A stretch of 64,000 bases of DNA from Polyangiales bacterium (GTDB lineage: Bacteria > Myxococcota_A > Polyangia > Polyangiales > Polyangiaceae): contig JBBRLQ010000014.1 in the NCBI GenBank assembly GCA_038231275.1, positions 128,001 to 192,000 on the forward strand, given 5' to 3'. Shown piece after piece: positions 10,174 to 19,773 of the stretch. The translations under genes were made by a program, and so were the position numbers. The notes under the pieces are model-generated. The model was not told where the DNA came from. It ran no database searches and saw only the letters and a program-made list of their open reading frames with translations. Positions within the stretch are counted from its first letter, which is position 1. Each line of letters starts with the position of its first letter.

Positions 10174-10661
10174 AGGCTCGGGTCCCGGCGCTGACCGGAT
10201 GCGGCGGCGCCGGGGTCACTCGTCAAAGAAGCCACATGGGGCGCGGACGCGTCGTGAGCTCGCCGCCTCGCGGTCGTTGCTGGGGCGGTGCGAATGCGCT
10301 CGAACTCCGCGTGAAGCCGCGCGAGCTCTGCGTCGGTCAGGTCCTCGAGACCGACCAGACCGTTTCGTGCGTTGCGCCCCGAGCGAATGAGCTCGTCGAG
10401 CTTCAGGTGGATCGCGTGCGCGTCGCGATTTTGTGTTGATTGAATGAGAAAGACCATGAGGAACGTCACCACCGTCGTGCCGGTATTGATGACGAGCTGC
10501 CACGTATCGGAATAGTGGAAGATCGGGCCGGTGATGCCCCACACGAGGATGACGGCCACCGCCATGGCAAACGACCACGGGCTCCCGACGGCAGCCGCCG
10601 TGTGCTGGGCGAAATGTCGAAACCTGTCCGTGACGAGGTCGTTCGATGGCGTAGGCGTCAT
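10164..10661 (-). CDS. Low-affinity iron permease (Fet4-like) family protein
   Basis: SDTWQLVINTGTTVVTFLMVFLIQSTQNRD...IHLKLDELI signature. Confidence 0.85.
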   Translation of the reverse strand: MTPTPSNDLVTDRFRHFAQHTAAAVGSPWSFAMAVAVILVWGITGPIFHYSDTWQLVINTGTTVVTFLMVFLIQSTQNRDAHAIHLKLDELIRSGRNARNGLVGLEDLTDAELARLHAEFERIRTAPATTARRRAHDASAPHVASLTSDPGAAASGQRRDPSLQR

Positions 10662-10673
10662 CTCCGACACCCG

Positions 10674-10689
10674 AGCAAGAGGCGTTCCA
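10674..10689 (-). promoter_or_regulatory. Sigma54 (-24/-12) promoter of the iron permease-family gene
   Basis: Minus strand TGGAACG-CCTC-TTGCT, exact GG-N10-GC spacing. Confidence 0.7.
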
Positions 10690-10732
10690 CTGCGCGCCAT
10701 TGCCGAGGTGACGTGACCGTCGAAGGGTCCGA

Positions 10733-12046
10733 TCAGTGCTTTTGCAGCACCTGCATCGCGTCGTCGTGGCGTTTTCGGACCACGGCGGGCGCCTCGCGGT
10801 CGAAGCTCGCGTGATCGACGGCCGCGGCCGGTGAGGGGGAAGGGGATGCGCCGCCTCCGCCGCCCCGCTGCGCGTGCGGCGGCGGTGCCGGCGCTTCTTT
10901 GACGTCGCTCGCGCGCGCACGCCGGATCTCCTCGAGCGTCTCCGCGGCCTCCGTGGCTCGGCTCGCCGCGCGCTCGACCTCCACGTTCTTCCCCGCCGCG
11001 AGCTTCGCATCGTCTCCCGTCGCGTGGCTGCCGAGGAACACACGCCGCTCCGCCTGCGCGCCGCCGACGCCTTCATTGAAGCGCAGCACCGCGTCGAGCA
11101 GCTCCACCGCCGCGCCGTCCTTGCGACCGTTCGTCGAGAGCTTCACGACCACGTCCATCTTCTCCCCGAGCGCGAGATCGCCCACGTGCACGCGCACGCC
11201 CGTGCCGTTGCGGATGATCTCCTGTCCGACGACGTCGTCGATCGTGACGCCAGGTCCCGCGGAGAGATCGAGCCACGCGTCGCGCGCGTACGTTTTCTGC
11301 AAACGCGCGACCTCCTCCTTGAAGAACGAGGGCACCTTGGACGAGTCGGCGACGTACTGGAATCGGCCGCCCGTCACCTGCGCCATCTTCCCCATGAGGC
11401 TCTCGTCGTAGTCGGGCCCGAGGCCCAGCGCAGTGATGGAGATGCCGCCTTGTCCCGCGTTGGCGGTGAGCGGGCCGATCGTGCTCGCGTCGTTCGGCAC
11501 GCCGTCGCCGAGCAAGATGACGCGGTTCACCGCCTCCGGATCGAGGTGCGCCTGCACCTCACGCACGCCCATCGCGAGGCCGCTCGCCATGTCGGTCGTG
11601 CCCTCGGCGCGCATCGCCCGCAGCTTTCCGCGGACGTCCTTCAGGTCGGCGTCGTCGAGCACCGTCGAGGGAAGCAGCAACTCGGCCTTCGAGTTGAAGA
11701 CGACGACGGACAGTCGATCCTTCGGCGACAGCGAGTCCACCAGCGCCAGCGCCGCTGCGCGCGCGTCCTCGATCGCCTTGCCCTCCATCGAGCCCGACGT
11801 GTCGACGACCAGCGCCAGATTCGCGGGCGGGCGACCGCTGCGGTCCATCGGCTTCACGCCGACCGAGATCTCCGCGATCACCTGCGAGGGCACCCCCGCG
11901 CGCACGAACCGGTTCGCCGCCGCCACCTCCATCGACAACGCGTCGATCTTCGCTCCCCGCGGCTCCGACGGCCGCCCGCACGAGAGGAGGAGCGAGAACG
12001 CGAAAAATCCGAGCGTGGGGGCATGAAGACGGGCATGACGGCGCAT
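10733..12046 (-). CDS. VWA domain lipoprotein (YfbK-like)
   Basis: Lipobox LLSC; NLALVVDTSGSM MIDAS, GTTDM, ILLGDG, GLGPDYDE; start uncertain. Confidence 0.8.
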   Translation of the reverse strand: MRRHARLHAPTLGFFAFSLLLSCGRPSEPRGAKIDALSMEVAAANRFVRAGVPSQVIAEISVGVKPMDRSGRPPANLALVVDTSGSMEGKAIEDARAAALALVDSLSPKDRLSVVVFNSKAELLLPSTVLDDADLKDVRGKLRAMRAEGTTDMASGLAMGVREVQAHLDPEAVNRVILLGDGVPNDASTIGPLTANAGQGGISITALGLGPDYDESLMGKMAQVTGGRFQYVADSSKVPSFFKEEVARLQKTYARDAWLDLSAGPGVTIDDVVGQEIIRNGTGVRVHVGDLALGEKMDVVVKLSTNGRKDGAAVELLDAVLRFNEGVGGAQAERRVFLGSHATGDDAKLAAGKNVEVERAASRATEAAETLEEIRRARASDVKEAPAPPPHAQRGGGGGASPSPSPAAAVDHASFDREAPAVVRKRHDDAMQVLQKH

Positions 12047-12138
12047 CCCCTCCCTACGTCGCAACCTCACGAACGATCTGGCGCGGGGCTCGATTTGAGT
12101 TTCCCGCGTCGTCGTGGTGAGGCGGAGTAAGGTGGCGC

Positions 12139-13248
12139 ATGCCATCGAACCCGCTTGGAATCGGCATTCTCGGCTTCGGTGGCTTCGCGATGTTCGCGGC
12201 GCAGCAGTTCGCGCAGGTGCCAGGGGCTGCCCTGCGGTGCATCGCGGGCACGCACCGTGAAGCGTCGCTCGCGTGCGCGGCGCGCTTCGGCCTCACCGAC
12301 GTGCAGCGCGCCGAGGTCATGTTCGCGATGCCCGACGTGGACATCGTCTACGTCGCGACGCCGCCCTTCCTCCACCACGAGCAGGCGCGCGCGGCCCTCC
12401 TCGCCGGCAAGCACGTCATCGTCGAGAAGCCTCTCGCCGTCACGATGGCGCAGGCCGACGAGCTCGTCGGCATCGCGCGCGACAGGCGGCTCCTCCTCGT
12501 GACCAACCTCATGCAGCGTTACAACCCGCTCTTCGCGCAGATCAAGGCGCTGGTGGACTCGAAGGTGCTGGGCGAGGCGCTCCACGGCAGCTTCGAGAAC
12601 TACGCTTGCGATGAAGGGCTCGGGCCCGATCACTGGTTCTGGGACCCCGCCAAGAGCGGCGGGATCTTCATCGAGCACGGCGTGCACTTCTTCGACATGT
12701 TCGCCGGATGGCTCGGCGCCGGCCGCGTCGAATCGGCGGGGCGCGTGCTGCGGCCGGGATCGGGGTTCGAGGAGCAGGTCTACTGCACCGCCCGCCACGG
12801 CGGCGTGCCGGTGAATTTCTACCACGGCTTCACCCAGGCAGGCCGGATGGACCGCCAGGAGCTGCGCATCCTCTTCGAGCGCGGCGACGTGACGCTGCAC
12901 GAATGGATCCCGACGCAGGCGGTGGTGCGCACGGCGCTCGACGAAGCGGGGACGCGCGCGCTCGAGGCGATCTTCCCCGGTGCGCGCATCGACGTGGAGA
13001 GCCTCTACGCGCCGCACGAGCGCGCCGTCCACGCGCGTCACAAGGCCTACGAGGCCTATCAGCGCATCACGCTGACGTCGGCGCCGGCGACCAAGATGAC
13101 GGTCTACGGCGATCTCTTGCGCGCGATGCTCGCCGACCAGCTCGCCTTCATCGCCGATCCCTCTCACGCGCGCGTGATCACCGAGGACAACGGTCGCGAG
13201 TCGCTCCGGATGAGCGTGCACGCCACCGAGCTCGCCCGCTCGGCGTAG
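12139..13248 (+). CDS. Gfo/Idh/MocA family oxidoreductase
   Basis: GILGFGGFA Rossmann motif, ATPP, HVIVEKP, GGIFIEHGVHFFD. Confidence 0.88.
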   Translation: MPSNPLGIGILGFGGFAMFAAQQFAQVPGAALRCIAGTHREASLACAARFGLTDVQRAEVMFAMPDVDIVYVATPPFLHHEQARAALLAGKHVIVEKPLAVTMAQADELVGIARDRRLLLVTNLMQRYNPLFAQIKALVDSKVLGEALHGSFENYACDEGLGPDHWFWDPAKSGGIFIEHGVHFFDMFAGWLGAGRVESAGRVLRPGSGFEEQVYCTARHGGVPVNFYHGFTQAGRMDRQELRILFERGDVTLHEWIPTQAVVRTALDEAGTRALEAIFPGARIDVESLYAPHERAVHARHKAYEAYQRITLTSAPATKMTVYGDLLRAMLADQLAFIADPSHARVITEDNGRESLRMSVHATELARSA

Positions 13249-13271
13249 AGCGTCGGCGCGCGCTTTTTTTT
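13247..13271 (+). terminator. Possible intrinsic terminator
   Basis: Short AGCG...CGCT stem followed by T8 directly after the stop codon; the stem is weak. Confidence 0.35.
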
Positions 13272-13424
13272 GGCCTGGCGAAGGATCGGCGAGACGGTCC
13301 GCCGCGAGGCGCCTCGATCGAACCCCACCCAGGATTTCGCGCGCCGGTGTCAGGTTCACGGCGAGCGCCGCGTAAGCCCCACAGTCCGCCCCCTTCGACG
13401 CGGCGGCAGAAAAGGCAAATCTCG

Positions 13425-15032
13425 ATGCGATCCTCCATCAAGTGGACGGGCTCGATTCTCTCGGCAACCGCAGCGCTCGCGACCGCGGCATGCAGCTCCG
13501 CGCCCGAAACCGGCGAGCCCATGAGCATGCAGATCCCGACGGCGCACGGCGTCGTCACGCCGCTCAACGGTGGCGGTGGCGGCGGCGGAGTGGGCACGCC
13601 CCCCGCGCCGCCCCCCGCGCCCGCGTCGGCGCCGCCGAACCTCCAGTACGGCGGCGGGCCCGTGATCGGCAACGCGCACATCGTGTCGGTCAACTGGGGG
13701 CCGGTGAACCCTGCGGTGAAGGCGGCGATGCCCGACTTCTATTCGTCGCTCCTCGGCAGCGACTACATGACGCTCCTCTCGCAGTACTCCACACCGACGC
13801 AGACCATCGGCAACGGCGTGCTGCAATCGGTCCGCCAAATCTTGCCCGATCACGGCGGCACCCTGCTGAGCGACGCCGACATCCAAGCCGAGCTCATCGC
13901 CCAGATCGACGACTACGGTGTGCTCGAGCAGCCGACGGGCAACACGCTGTACGTCGTCCACTTTCCGCCTGGTGTTCGGATCGTGACGAAGGAAGGCGGC
14001 CTCAGCTGCGTCGCGAACTGCGGGTTCCACGGCGCGACCAAGACGCGCACCTTGCGGGATCTGTTCTACGTCGTCCTGCCGGATCTCTCGTCCCTCGGCT
14101 GCGAGTCGGCGTGCGGCGCCGCGCCTCTGCTCGACAACTATACGGCGAGCGCGACGCACGAGATCGCCGAGGCGATCACCGATCCACAGGGCGGCAACGG
14201 CTGGGCGGAGAGGACGTACGCCATCGAGGTCGGCGACATCTGCACGTCCAACCGCGCGAGCGTCACGATGAGCGGGCATAGGTACACCGTGCAAATGGCG
14301 TGGTCGAACCGCGACCACGCGTGCTCGACAGGGACGCAGGGATTCCACCCGACCGGCGCGCCCGGGTGCGCCAAGGACATCGGCGTCGGCTCCGGCGCGA
14401 GCGCGTGGGTGCTCGGCTGCGGAAGCGCCGAGGACACGCAGGTCTACCAGTGGATGGGGAGCTACTGGGACGGGCGCCCCGGATGGGCCAAGCACATCGC
14501 CGTGTCGCCCGAGGGCATTCCGTGGGTCGTCACGGCGAGCGGCGCGACTTACAAGTGGAACACGTCGACGCGGGCGTTCGATCTCCATCCCGCCGGCGGC
14601 TGCGCCCGCGCAATCAGCGTCGGTCGCAACGACGACGCGTGGGTGGTCGGCTGCGGTCCGCGCGCGGACGAGACGATTTACCGGCTCGTCGGCGGCAGCT
14701 GGCGCGCGATGCCGGGCGTCGGCGCGCAAGTGAGCGTGTCGCCGTCGGGGGGCGCGAACATCGTCTCGTCGACCGGCACGCCCTCGTGGTGGGACGGCTC
14801 GTCGTTCAACGTGTACTCGGGTTGCGTCACGTCGCTGGGCGTGTCGGACGTCGAGCAGTACGCGATCGGATGCGGCGCGGCGGGCGACAAGGGGGTCTTC
14901 GAGTACCGCCAGTTCCTGAGCACGTGGGATCTCGTCCCCGGCATGGCGACCAAGATCGCGGTGTCGGCAGAGGGCACCCCATGGGCCATCACCGCGAGCG
15001 GCGCAATCTACCGTGGCAACGACGCGCTGTAG
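13425..15032 (+). CDS. Secreted lipoprotein: EXORDIUM/Phi-1-like domain plus tectonin-like beta-propeller repeats
   Basis: Lipobox TAAC; LQYGGGPVI, CGFHG, HEIAEAITDP, EVGDIC; C-terminal repeats such as IAVSPEGIPWVVTASGATYKW and IAVSAEGTPWAITASGAIYR. Confidence 0.7.
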   Translation: MRSSIKWTGSILSATAALATAACSSAPETGEPMSMQIPTAHGVVTPLNGGGGGGGVGTPPAPPPAPASAPPNLQYGGGPVIGNAHIVSVNWGPVNPAVKAAMPDFYSSLLGSDYMTLLSQYSTPTQTIGNGVLQSVRQILPDHGGTLLSDADIQAELIAQIDDYGVLEQPTGNTLYVVHFPPGVRIVTKEGGLSCVANCGFHGATKTRTLRDLFYVVLPDLSSLGCESACGAAPLLDNYTASATHEIAEAITDPQGGNGWAERTYAIEVGDICTSNRASVTMSGHRYTVQMAWSNRDHACSTGTQGFHPTGAPGCAKDIGVGSGASAWVLGCGSAEDTQVYQWMGSYWDGRPGWAKHIAVSPEGIPWVVTASGATYKWNTSTRAFDLHPAGGCARAISVGRNDDAWVVGCGPRADETIYRLVGGSWRAMPGVGAQVSVSPSGGANIVSSTGTPSWWDGSSFNVYSGCVTSLGVSDVEQYAIGCGAAGDKGVFEYRQFLSTWDLVPGMATKIAVSAEGTPWAITASGAIYRGNDAL

Positions 15033-15204
15033 GCGTCGCGTGCGCGCGCGGCAAGGGATGCGCAGTGGACCTCGCGAGCCGTGTCACCTGCCACGAGGCG
15101 ACGACAACTCCCGGTTGACTTCGGCCGGTGCGACGTGATCCCAAGAGCGGTCGCGAGCGGTCGTAACGGCGCGAAATCACGAAACTGAATCGGCATGTGC
15201 GGTC

Positions 15205-15220
15205 CGGTACGGCGCTCGCT
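15205..15220 (+). promoter_or_regulatory. Candidate sigma54 promoter
   Basis: CGGTACG-GCGC-TCGCT, GG-N10-GC, about 35 nt upstream of the CDS at 15256. Confidence 0.45.
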
Positions 15221-15255
15221 AATGAGGAGCGTCTGAACCTCCCGGAGATGACCCC

Positions 15256-17001
15256 ATGACCGCACGAACGTTGATTGCCTTCGCCGTTGCTTTCGCCGCG
15301 CTCGTGCCCCCCGCGGCCGTCACGCTCGCTCCGCGGACGGCCGAGGGAGCGGCGGCGAGGCCGGACTGGTGCGGCGCGTACAAGAGCGTCGACGACACCA
15401 AAGCCAAGTGGGTCGACGGGTACATCAAGTCGGAGCACTGGAGCGTCCGCGTGCGCAACTACATCGGCGCGTCGGCGTGCGACAAGCCCGACGATCCGAT
15501 GCGGCAGGCGCTCGTCGAGACGTGGCGCTCGCAATTCTTGGCGGAGAACGGCGGTACCGCGAAGGACTTCAGCGAGATGATCGCGCTCCACATGAACAAG
15601 GACGAGGTCGAGCGGCAGCGCAAAGAGTCGTGCGACGCATTGAGGGGAGAGGGGTCGGCCGAATCGAAGCGCGCGGTCGCGTCGTCGCTGGCCTACGTCT
15701 TCGATTGCCCGACGACGCCGACGCCCGACGCCGACGATCTCCTATGGTGGACCGACAAGCCGAACGCGCCTGAGCTCGTGAAGACGCTCCTCGTCCGGAG
15801 CTGCATCTCCACGAGCGACGACTTCGGTCTCAAGTACAAGAGCGGCGCTCTCTGCCTCGGCACCACGATCGACCGCGCGCGTCTCGACGCAGAGATCAAC
15901 GTGCCTCGCTTCAACGTGTTCGCACGGACGCGTCTGCGCGAGGCGTTCGGGCAGGCCAAGCTGCTCATGGACGGCTGGATCCAGCGAACGCAGGCGGCCG
16001 GAAAACAGAACCCCGACATGCAGAAGATCTTCGTCGATGCGCCGGCCGCCGGCGCGCGCGCGTGGCAGGCGACGTACCAGGGGCACAAGGAGGCGCTCGA
16101 CCTCGCCTTCGATCTGGAAGAGAAGCTCGACGTGAGCGCCGCCGCGCAGAAGGGCTGCAGCGCGCGTGTCCGCGGCCTCCTCGCCGCGTACATGCAGGAG
16201 AAGAAGCCGCGCACTGTGGAGGAGGCGAGAAAGGTACTCGCCGACTCGGTGGGCTACCCGCTCGCGACGAACCTGATGAAGTGCGACGTCCTCGACGGCG
16301 CGGCGCTCGAGACGTTGGCCCTGTCCGCCGATCTCTACGGGACGAAGAACGTCCGCAAGATGCGCGGCCCAGGCTTCGCGGCGTACTGGGCCGCGCTCGA
16401 TGCGTACACCGAAGCCAAGTCGGCGAGCCGGCAGCTCCCGATCAACAACCTGCCCGATCCGGGGGACTACGCGGATCGGCGCGCCGGCGAGGCGTCCAGC
16501 CAGGCGCTGCGCGGCGTCGACGCGGGAGGCGGTGACATGCACGGCGTCGTCGCCGCACTCAAGCCCGAAGGGGACAACGTGAAGGTCACGTTCAAGAAGG
16601 AGCAGATCAAGGTCTACGACGAGGCGTGCGAGACCGACTACCGTACGATCACCGGCTTCGGCACCGACGGCAGCGCGCGGTTTGCGACGTACTGCCGCAC
16701 GCTCTCGACCTTCACGATGCACGTGGTCTCCGAAGATCCGGTCGTGATCGCAAAGGCGTTCGCCGGCGCGCTCGTCGTCGGCCAGAAGATCCTCTTCATC
16801 GCGAACCGCACCACGTCTCCGCGCGCCGCGTTTCCGACCGAGGTGTACGCCGACAAGGAGCAGAAAAACCTCGTGGCCTATCTCGGGATTCCGCTCGCCC
16901 GCAGCGCCGCAGCTCCCTCCGCTTCTTCGGCCGGCGACGCGAAGCCGTCGAAGGCGGGCGCGAAGAAGCGCGTGAAGGGAAAGAAGAGCAAGAAAAGCTA
17001 G
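15256..17001 (+). CDS. Secreted hypothetical protein (581 aa, scattered Cys, Lys-rich tail)
   Basis: Signal peptide-like N-terminus, GGAG RBS, strong GC3 codon bias; no family recognised. Confidence 0.75.
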   Translation: MTARTLIAFAVAFAALVPPAAVTLAPRTAEGAAARPDWCGAYKSVDDTKAKWVDGYIKSEHWSVRVRNYIGASACDKPDDPMRQALVETWRSQFLAENGGTAKDFSEMIALHMNKDEVERQRKESCDALRGEGSAESKRAVASSLAYVFDCPTTPTPDADDLLWWTDKPNAPELVKTLLVRSCISTSDDFGLKYKSGALCLGTTIDRARLDAEINVPRFNVFARTRLREAFGQAKLLMDGWIQRTQAAGKQNPDMQKIFVDAPAAGARAWQATYQGHKEALDLAFDLEEKLDVSAAAQKGCSARVRGLLAAYMQEKKPRTVEEARKVLADSVGYPLATNLMKCDVLDGAALETLALSADLYGTKNVRKMRGPGFAAYWAALDAYTEAKSASRQLPINNLPDPGDYADRRAGEASSQALRGVDAGGGDMHGVVAALKPEGDNVKVTFKKEQIKVYDEACETDYRTITGFGTDGSARFATYCRTLSTFTMHVVSEDPVVIAKAFAGALVVGQKILFIANRTTSPRAAFPTEVYADKEQKNLVAYLGIPLARSAAAPSASSAGDAKPSKAGAKKRVKGKKSKKS

Positions 17002-17039
17002 GCCGACGCTCCCCGCACGCCGGCTGCTATACGAGGCGT

Positions 17040-17942
17040 ATGGCGACGGGCGAGGGCGCGACCGATCCGCTCGCGCTCGTCGGCGAGGTTACCGGCGCGT
17101 CCGCGGTCACGAGGGGCGCGCGCATCCAATCGTTGTGGGGTGGCTACGGCGAGCTCTTCCGCGTGACGTTGACCGGGGCCGCGCGGAGCACTGCGGTCGT
17201 GAAGTGGGCGAAGCCGCCGGAGGGAGCGCGCGGCGGCGGCGCATCGCACGCGCGCAAGTGCCGCTCTTACGACGTCGAGACCGCGTTCTACCGGACGCGC
17301 GCCTCGCGGTGCGACGACTCGTGCCGCGTCGCCACGCTCCTCGGCGCGCGGCGCGGCGACGCAGAGTGGCTCCTCGTCCTCGAGGACTTGGACGACGTCG
17401 GCTACTCCCGCCGCAGCCGCGATCCTGGCGGCGCCGATCTCGACGCGTGCCTCGGCTGGCTTGCGTCGTTCCACGCGCGCTTCGTCGGCGAGCGCGCGGA
17501 GGGTCTGTGGCCGGTCGGCACGTACTGGCATCTGGCCACGCGAAAGGAGGAGCTCGCCGCGATCGCCGATCCCGCCGTTCGCGCGCGCGCGCCCGAGCTC
17601 GATCGCGCGCTCCGCGACGCGCGTTACTTCACGCTCCTGCACGGCGACGCGAAGCCGGCGAATTTCTGCTTCGCGCCGCGCGGCCACGCGGTCGCCGCCG
17701 TCGATTTCCAGTACGCGGGCGGCGGCCCGGGCGTACGCGACGTCGCGTACCTGATGCACGGCGGGTCACGGGCGGCGGCGGCGCGCGGCCTCGACACCTA
17801 CTTCGCGCGCCTCCGCGCGGCCCTCGCAACCGCAAGCGTACGCGCGGACGTCGACGCCGACGCGCTGGAGCGCGAGTGGCGCGCGCTCTACCCGGTCGCG
17901 ACCGAGGACTTCGAGCGGTTCCTCGCGGGCTGGCGGCGATGA
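17040..17942 (+). CDS. Aminoglycoside/choline phosphotransferase-like kinase (ecdysteroid kinase/DUF1679-like)
   Basis: QSLWGGYG, LVLEDL, LLHGDAKPANF, VDFQY motifs. Confidence 0.8.
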   Translation: MATGEGATDPLALVGEVTGASAVTRGARIQSLWGGYGELFRVTLTGAARSTAVVKWAKPPEGARGGGASHARKCRSYDVETAFYRTRASRCDDSCRVATLLGARRGDAEWLLVLEDLDDVGYSRRSRDPGGADLDACLGWLASFHARFVGERAEGLWPVGTYWHLATRKEELAAIADPAVRARAPELDRALRDARYFTLLHGDAKPANFCFAPRGHAVAAVDFQYAGGGPGVRDVAYLMHGGSRAAAARGLDTYFARLRAALATASVRADVDADALEREWRALYPVATEDFERFLAGWRR

Positions 17943-18020
17943 GCGTCCGTCATGGGCGAACGGTCGCAAGTCGCCTCCGAACGGCGGATGAATCGCCGTC
18001 CTTCATGCGTCCAATGGGAC

Positions 18021-19565
18021 ATGCGCATTCCGTACGACATGGCCGTGGCCCCCCGTCTCGACCCCGGCGCCGAATGCCCGCCGCCTACGCCGCGGACGGC
18101 GCTCCTCTTGAACCCGTTCTACCCGAAGGATCCGCACGCGAGCTTCGGTAAGCACGCGCTCACGCCGTCGCTCGCCCTCACGAGCGTCGCCGCCACGACG
18201 CCGCCGTCGTGGTCCGTGCGCTACTGGGACGAGAACCTCCTTCAAGGACCGCCGCCGACGACGCCGATGCCCGAGGTCGTCGGCATCACCGTGCACCTGA
18301 CGTTCGCGCGCCGCGCGTTCGAGCTCGCGGCGTTCTACCGCGCGCGTGGCGCGAAGGTGGTGCTCGGTGGTCTTCACGTCCTCACGTCGCCCGACGAGTG
18401 CGCGCCGCACGCCGACGCGATCGCGGTCGGCGACGGCACCGCCACGTGGCCGCGCATCTTGCAAGACGTAGAAAACGGCACGCTCGCGCCGCGCTACGAA
18501 GGTAGCTTTCGGAGGCCGTACCGCGACGAGCCGGCGCCGCGACGCGACCTCCTCCCTCGCGCGTCGTTCCTCACGACGCTCAGCGTGATCGCCACGCGCG
18601 GCTGCCACAACCGTTGTGGGTTCTGCTACCTCGCGACCGACGGGCTCTCGATGCCGTACCAGATGGCCGACGTCGACCACGTTGTGCGCCAGCTCGCCGC
18701 GAGCGACGAGCCGTACGCCGTCTTCATCGACAACAACCTCGGCTCGCGTCCCCAGTACCTGCGCGCGCTCTGCCGCGCGCTGCGTCCCGTGAAGAAGATC
18801 TGGAGCGCCGCGGTGACGATCGACGTGACGGACGATCCGTCCCTCGTTCGCGAGATGGCGCTCGCCGGATGTACCGGGGTCTTCGTCGGCTTCGAGAGCC
18901 TGACGGCGGAGAATCTCGACGACGCGAAGAAGAAGACGCCCCGCCCCGACGACTACGCGCGCCGCACGCGCATCCTCCACGACTATGGAATCCAGGTGAA
19001 CGGAAGCTTCGTCCTCGGCTTCGACCACGACCGACCCGACTGCTTCGAGCGAACGGCGGAGTGGGTCGAAGCGAACAGGCTCGAGTCGGCCACGTTCCAC
19101 ATCCTCACGCCGTACCCGAAGACGCCGCTCTTTCGTCAGATGACGGCCGAGGGCCGCATTTTGCACGAGGACTGGGAGCGCTACGACACGGCGCACGCCG
19201 TCTTCCGGCCGAAGCACATGAGCCCCGAGCGCCTCGAAGAGGGGTACGCGTGGATATATCAGAGGCTCTTCTCGGCGCGATCGATCTGGCGCCGGCGTCC
19301 GGAGTCCGCGGCGGCGATCGCGCCGTACTTGGCGATGAGCTGCCTCTACAAGCGAGCGAACGGGCTGTGGCCGTCGGTCATTCGACATCGCGCCGTGAAC
19401 AAGGTGTGGCGACCGTTGGTCGAGATTTCACGGCGCCGACACGTCCGCTACCGCGAAGATCTCCTCGCGCGCGAGCCCGATGGGTCGGACGCCGATAGCG
19501 TGGACGTCACGTCGCGGCGCCCTGCCCACCGCGGCGTGCGTCTGGCCGTGTACGCCGGCGTTTGA
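18021..19565 (+). CDS. Cobalamin-binding domain radical SAM protein
   Basis: N-terminal B12-binding-like domain (VVLGGLH), RGCHNRCGFC CxxxCxxC, GFES, FVLGFDHD; start could be 18021 or 18039. Confidence 0.88.
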   Translation: MRIPYDMAVAPRLDPGAECPPPTPRTALLLNPFYPKDPHASFGKHALTPSLALTSVAATTPPSWSVRYWDENLLQGPPPTTPMPEVVGITVHLTFARRAFELAAFYRARGAKVVLGGLHVLTSPDECAPHADAIAVGDGTATWPRILQDVENGTLAPRYEGSFRRPYRDEPAPRRDLLPRASFLTTLSVIATRGCHNRCGFCYLATDGLSMPYQMADVDHVVRQLAASDEPYAVFIDNNLGSRPQYLRALCRALRPVKKIWSAAVTIDVTDDPSLVREMALAGCTGVFVGFESLTAENLDDAKKKTPRPDDYARRTRILHDYGIQVNGSFVLGFDHDRPDCFERTAEWVEANRLESATFHILTPYPKTPLFRQMTAEGRILHEDWERYDTAHAVFRPKHMSPERLEEGYAWIYQRLFSARSIWRRRPESAAAIAPYLAMSCLYKRANGLWPSVIRHRAVNKVWRPLVEISRRRHVRYREDLLAREPDGSDADSVDVTSRRPAHRGVRLAVYAGV

Positions 19566-19576
19566 CGGGCCCTCCT

Positions 19577-19596
19577 CTCCGCGAATTTCGCGGGAG
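19577..19596. terminator. Hairpin between the convergent radical SAM gene and tRNA
   Basis: CCGCGAA-T-TTCGCGG inverted repeat (19579-19593); no U-tract. Confidence 0.35.
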
Positions 19597-19602
19597 TCCT
19601 CG

Positions 19603-19675
19603 TGCCCAGGGACGGAATCGAACCGCCGACACGGGGATTTTCAATCCCCTGCTCTACCAACTGAGCTACCTGGGC
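19603..19675 (-). tRNA. tRNA-Phe (GAA); CCA not encoded
   Basis: GCCCAGG acceptor stem, TAGCTCAGTTGGTAGAGC D-arm, anticodon loop TTGAAAA, GGTTCGATTCC T-arm. Confidence 0.97.
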
Positions 19676-19773
19676 GGGCAGCGGCGCGAACAATCGTCGA
19701 GCAGGGCGGGCATTGTCAAGCACTTGCGCGCGTTGGACGGGCCAACTCGGCCGTCGTCGGCTAGGCTTCGCGC

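Noticed and set aside
17939..18151. 70-aa ORF coupled to the phosphotransferase stop, containing SVRHGR twice, as a RiPP precursor for the B12 radical SAM enzyme
   Set aside because: Many A/T-ending codons, unlike real genes here; overlaps the radical SAM 5' end by more than 100 nt; no RiPP transporter or peptidase nearby. Probably chance, though a tblastn check is cheap
19565..19680. Genomic island integrated at tRNA-Phe
   Set aside because: No integrase, no duplicated tRNA 3' end seen in the window, and no obvious compositional shift
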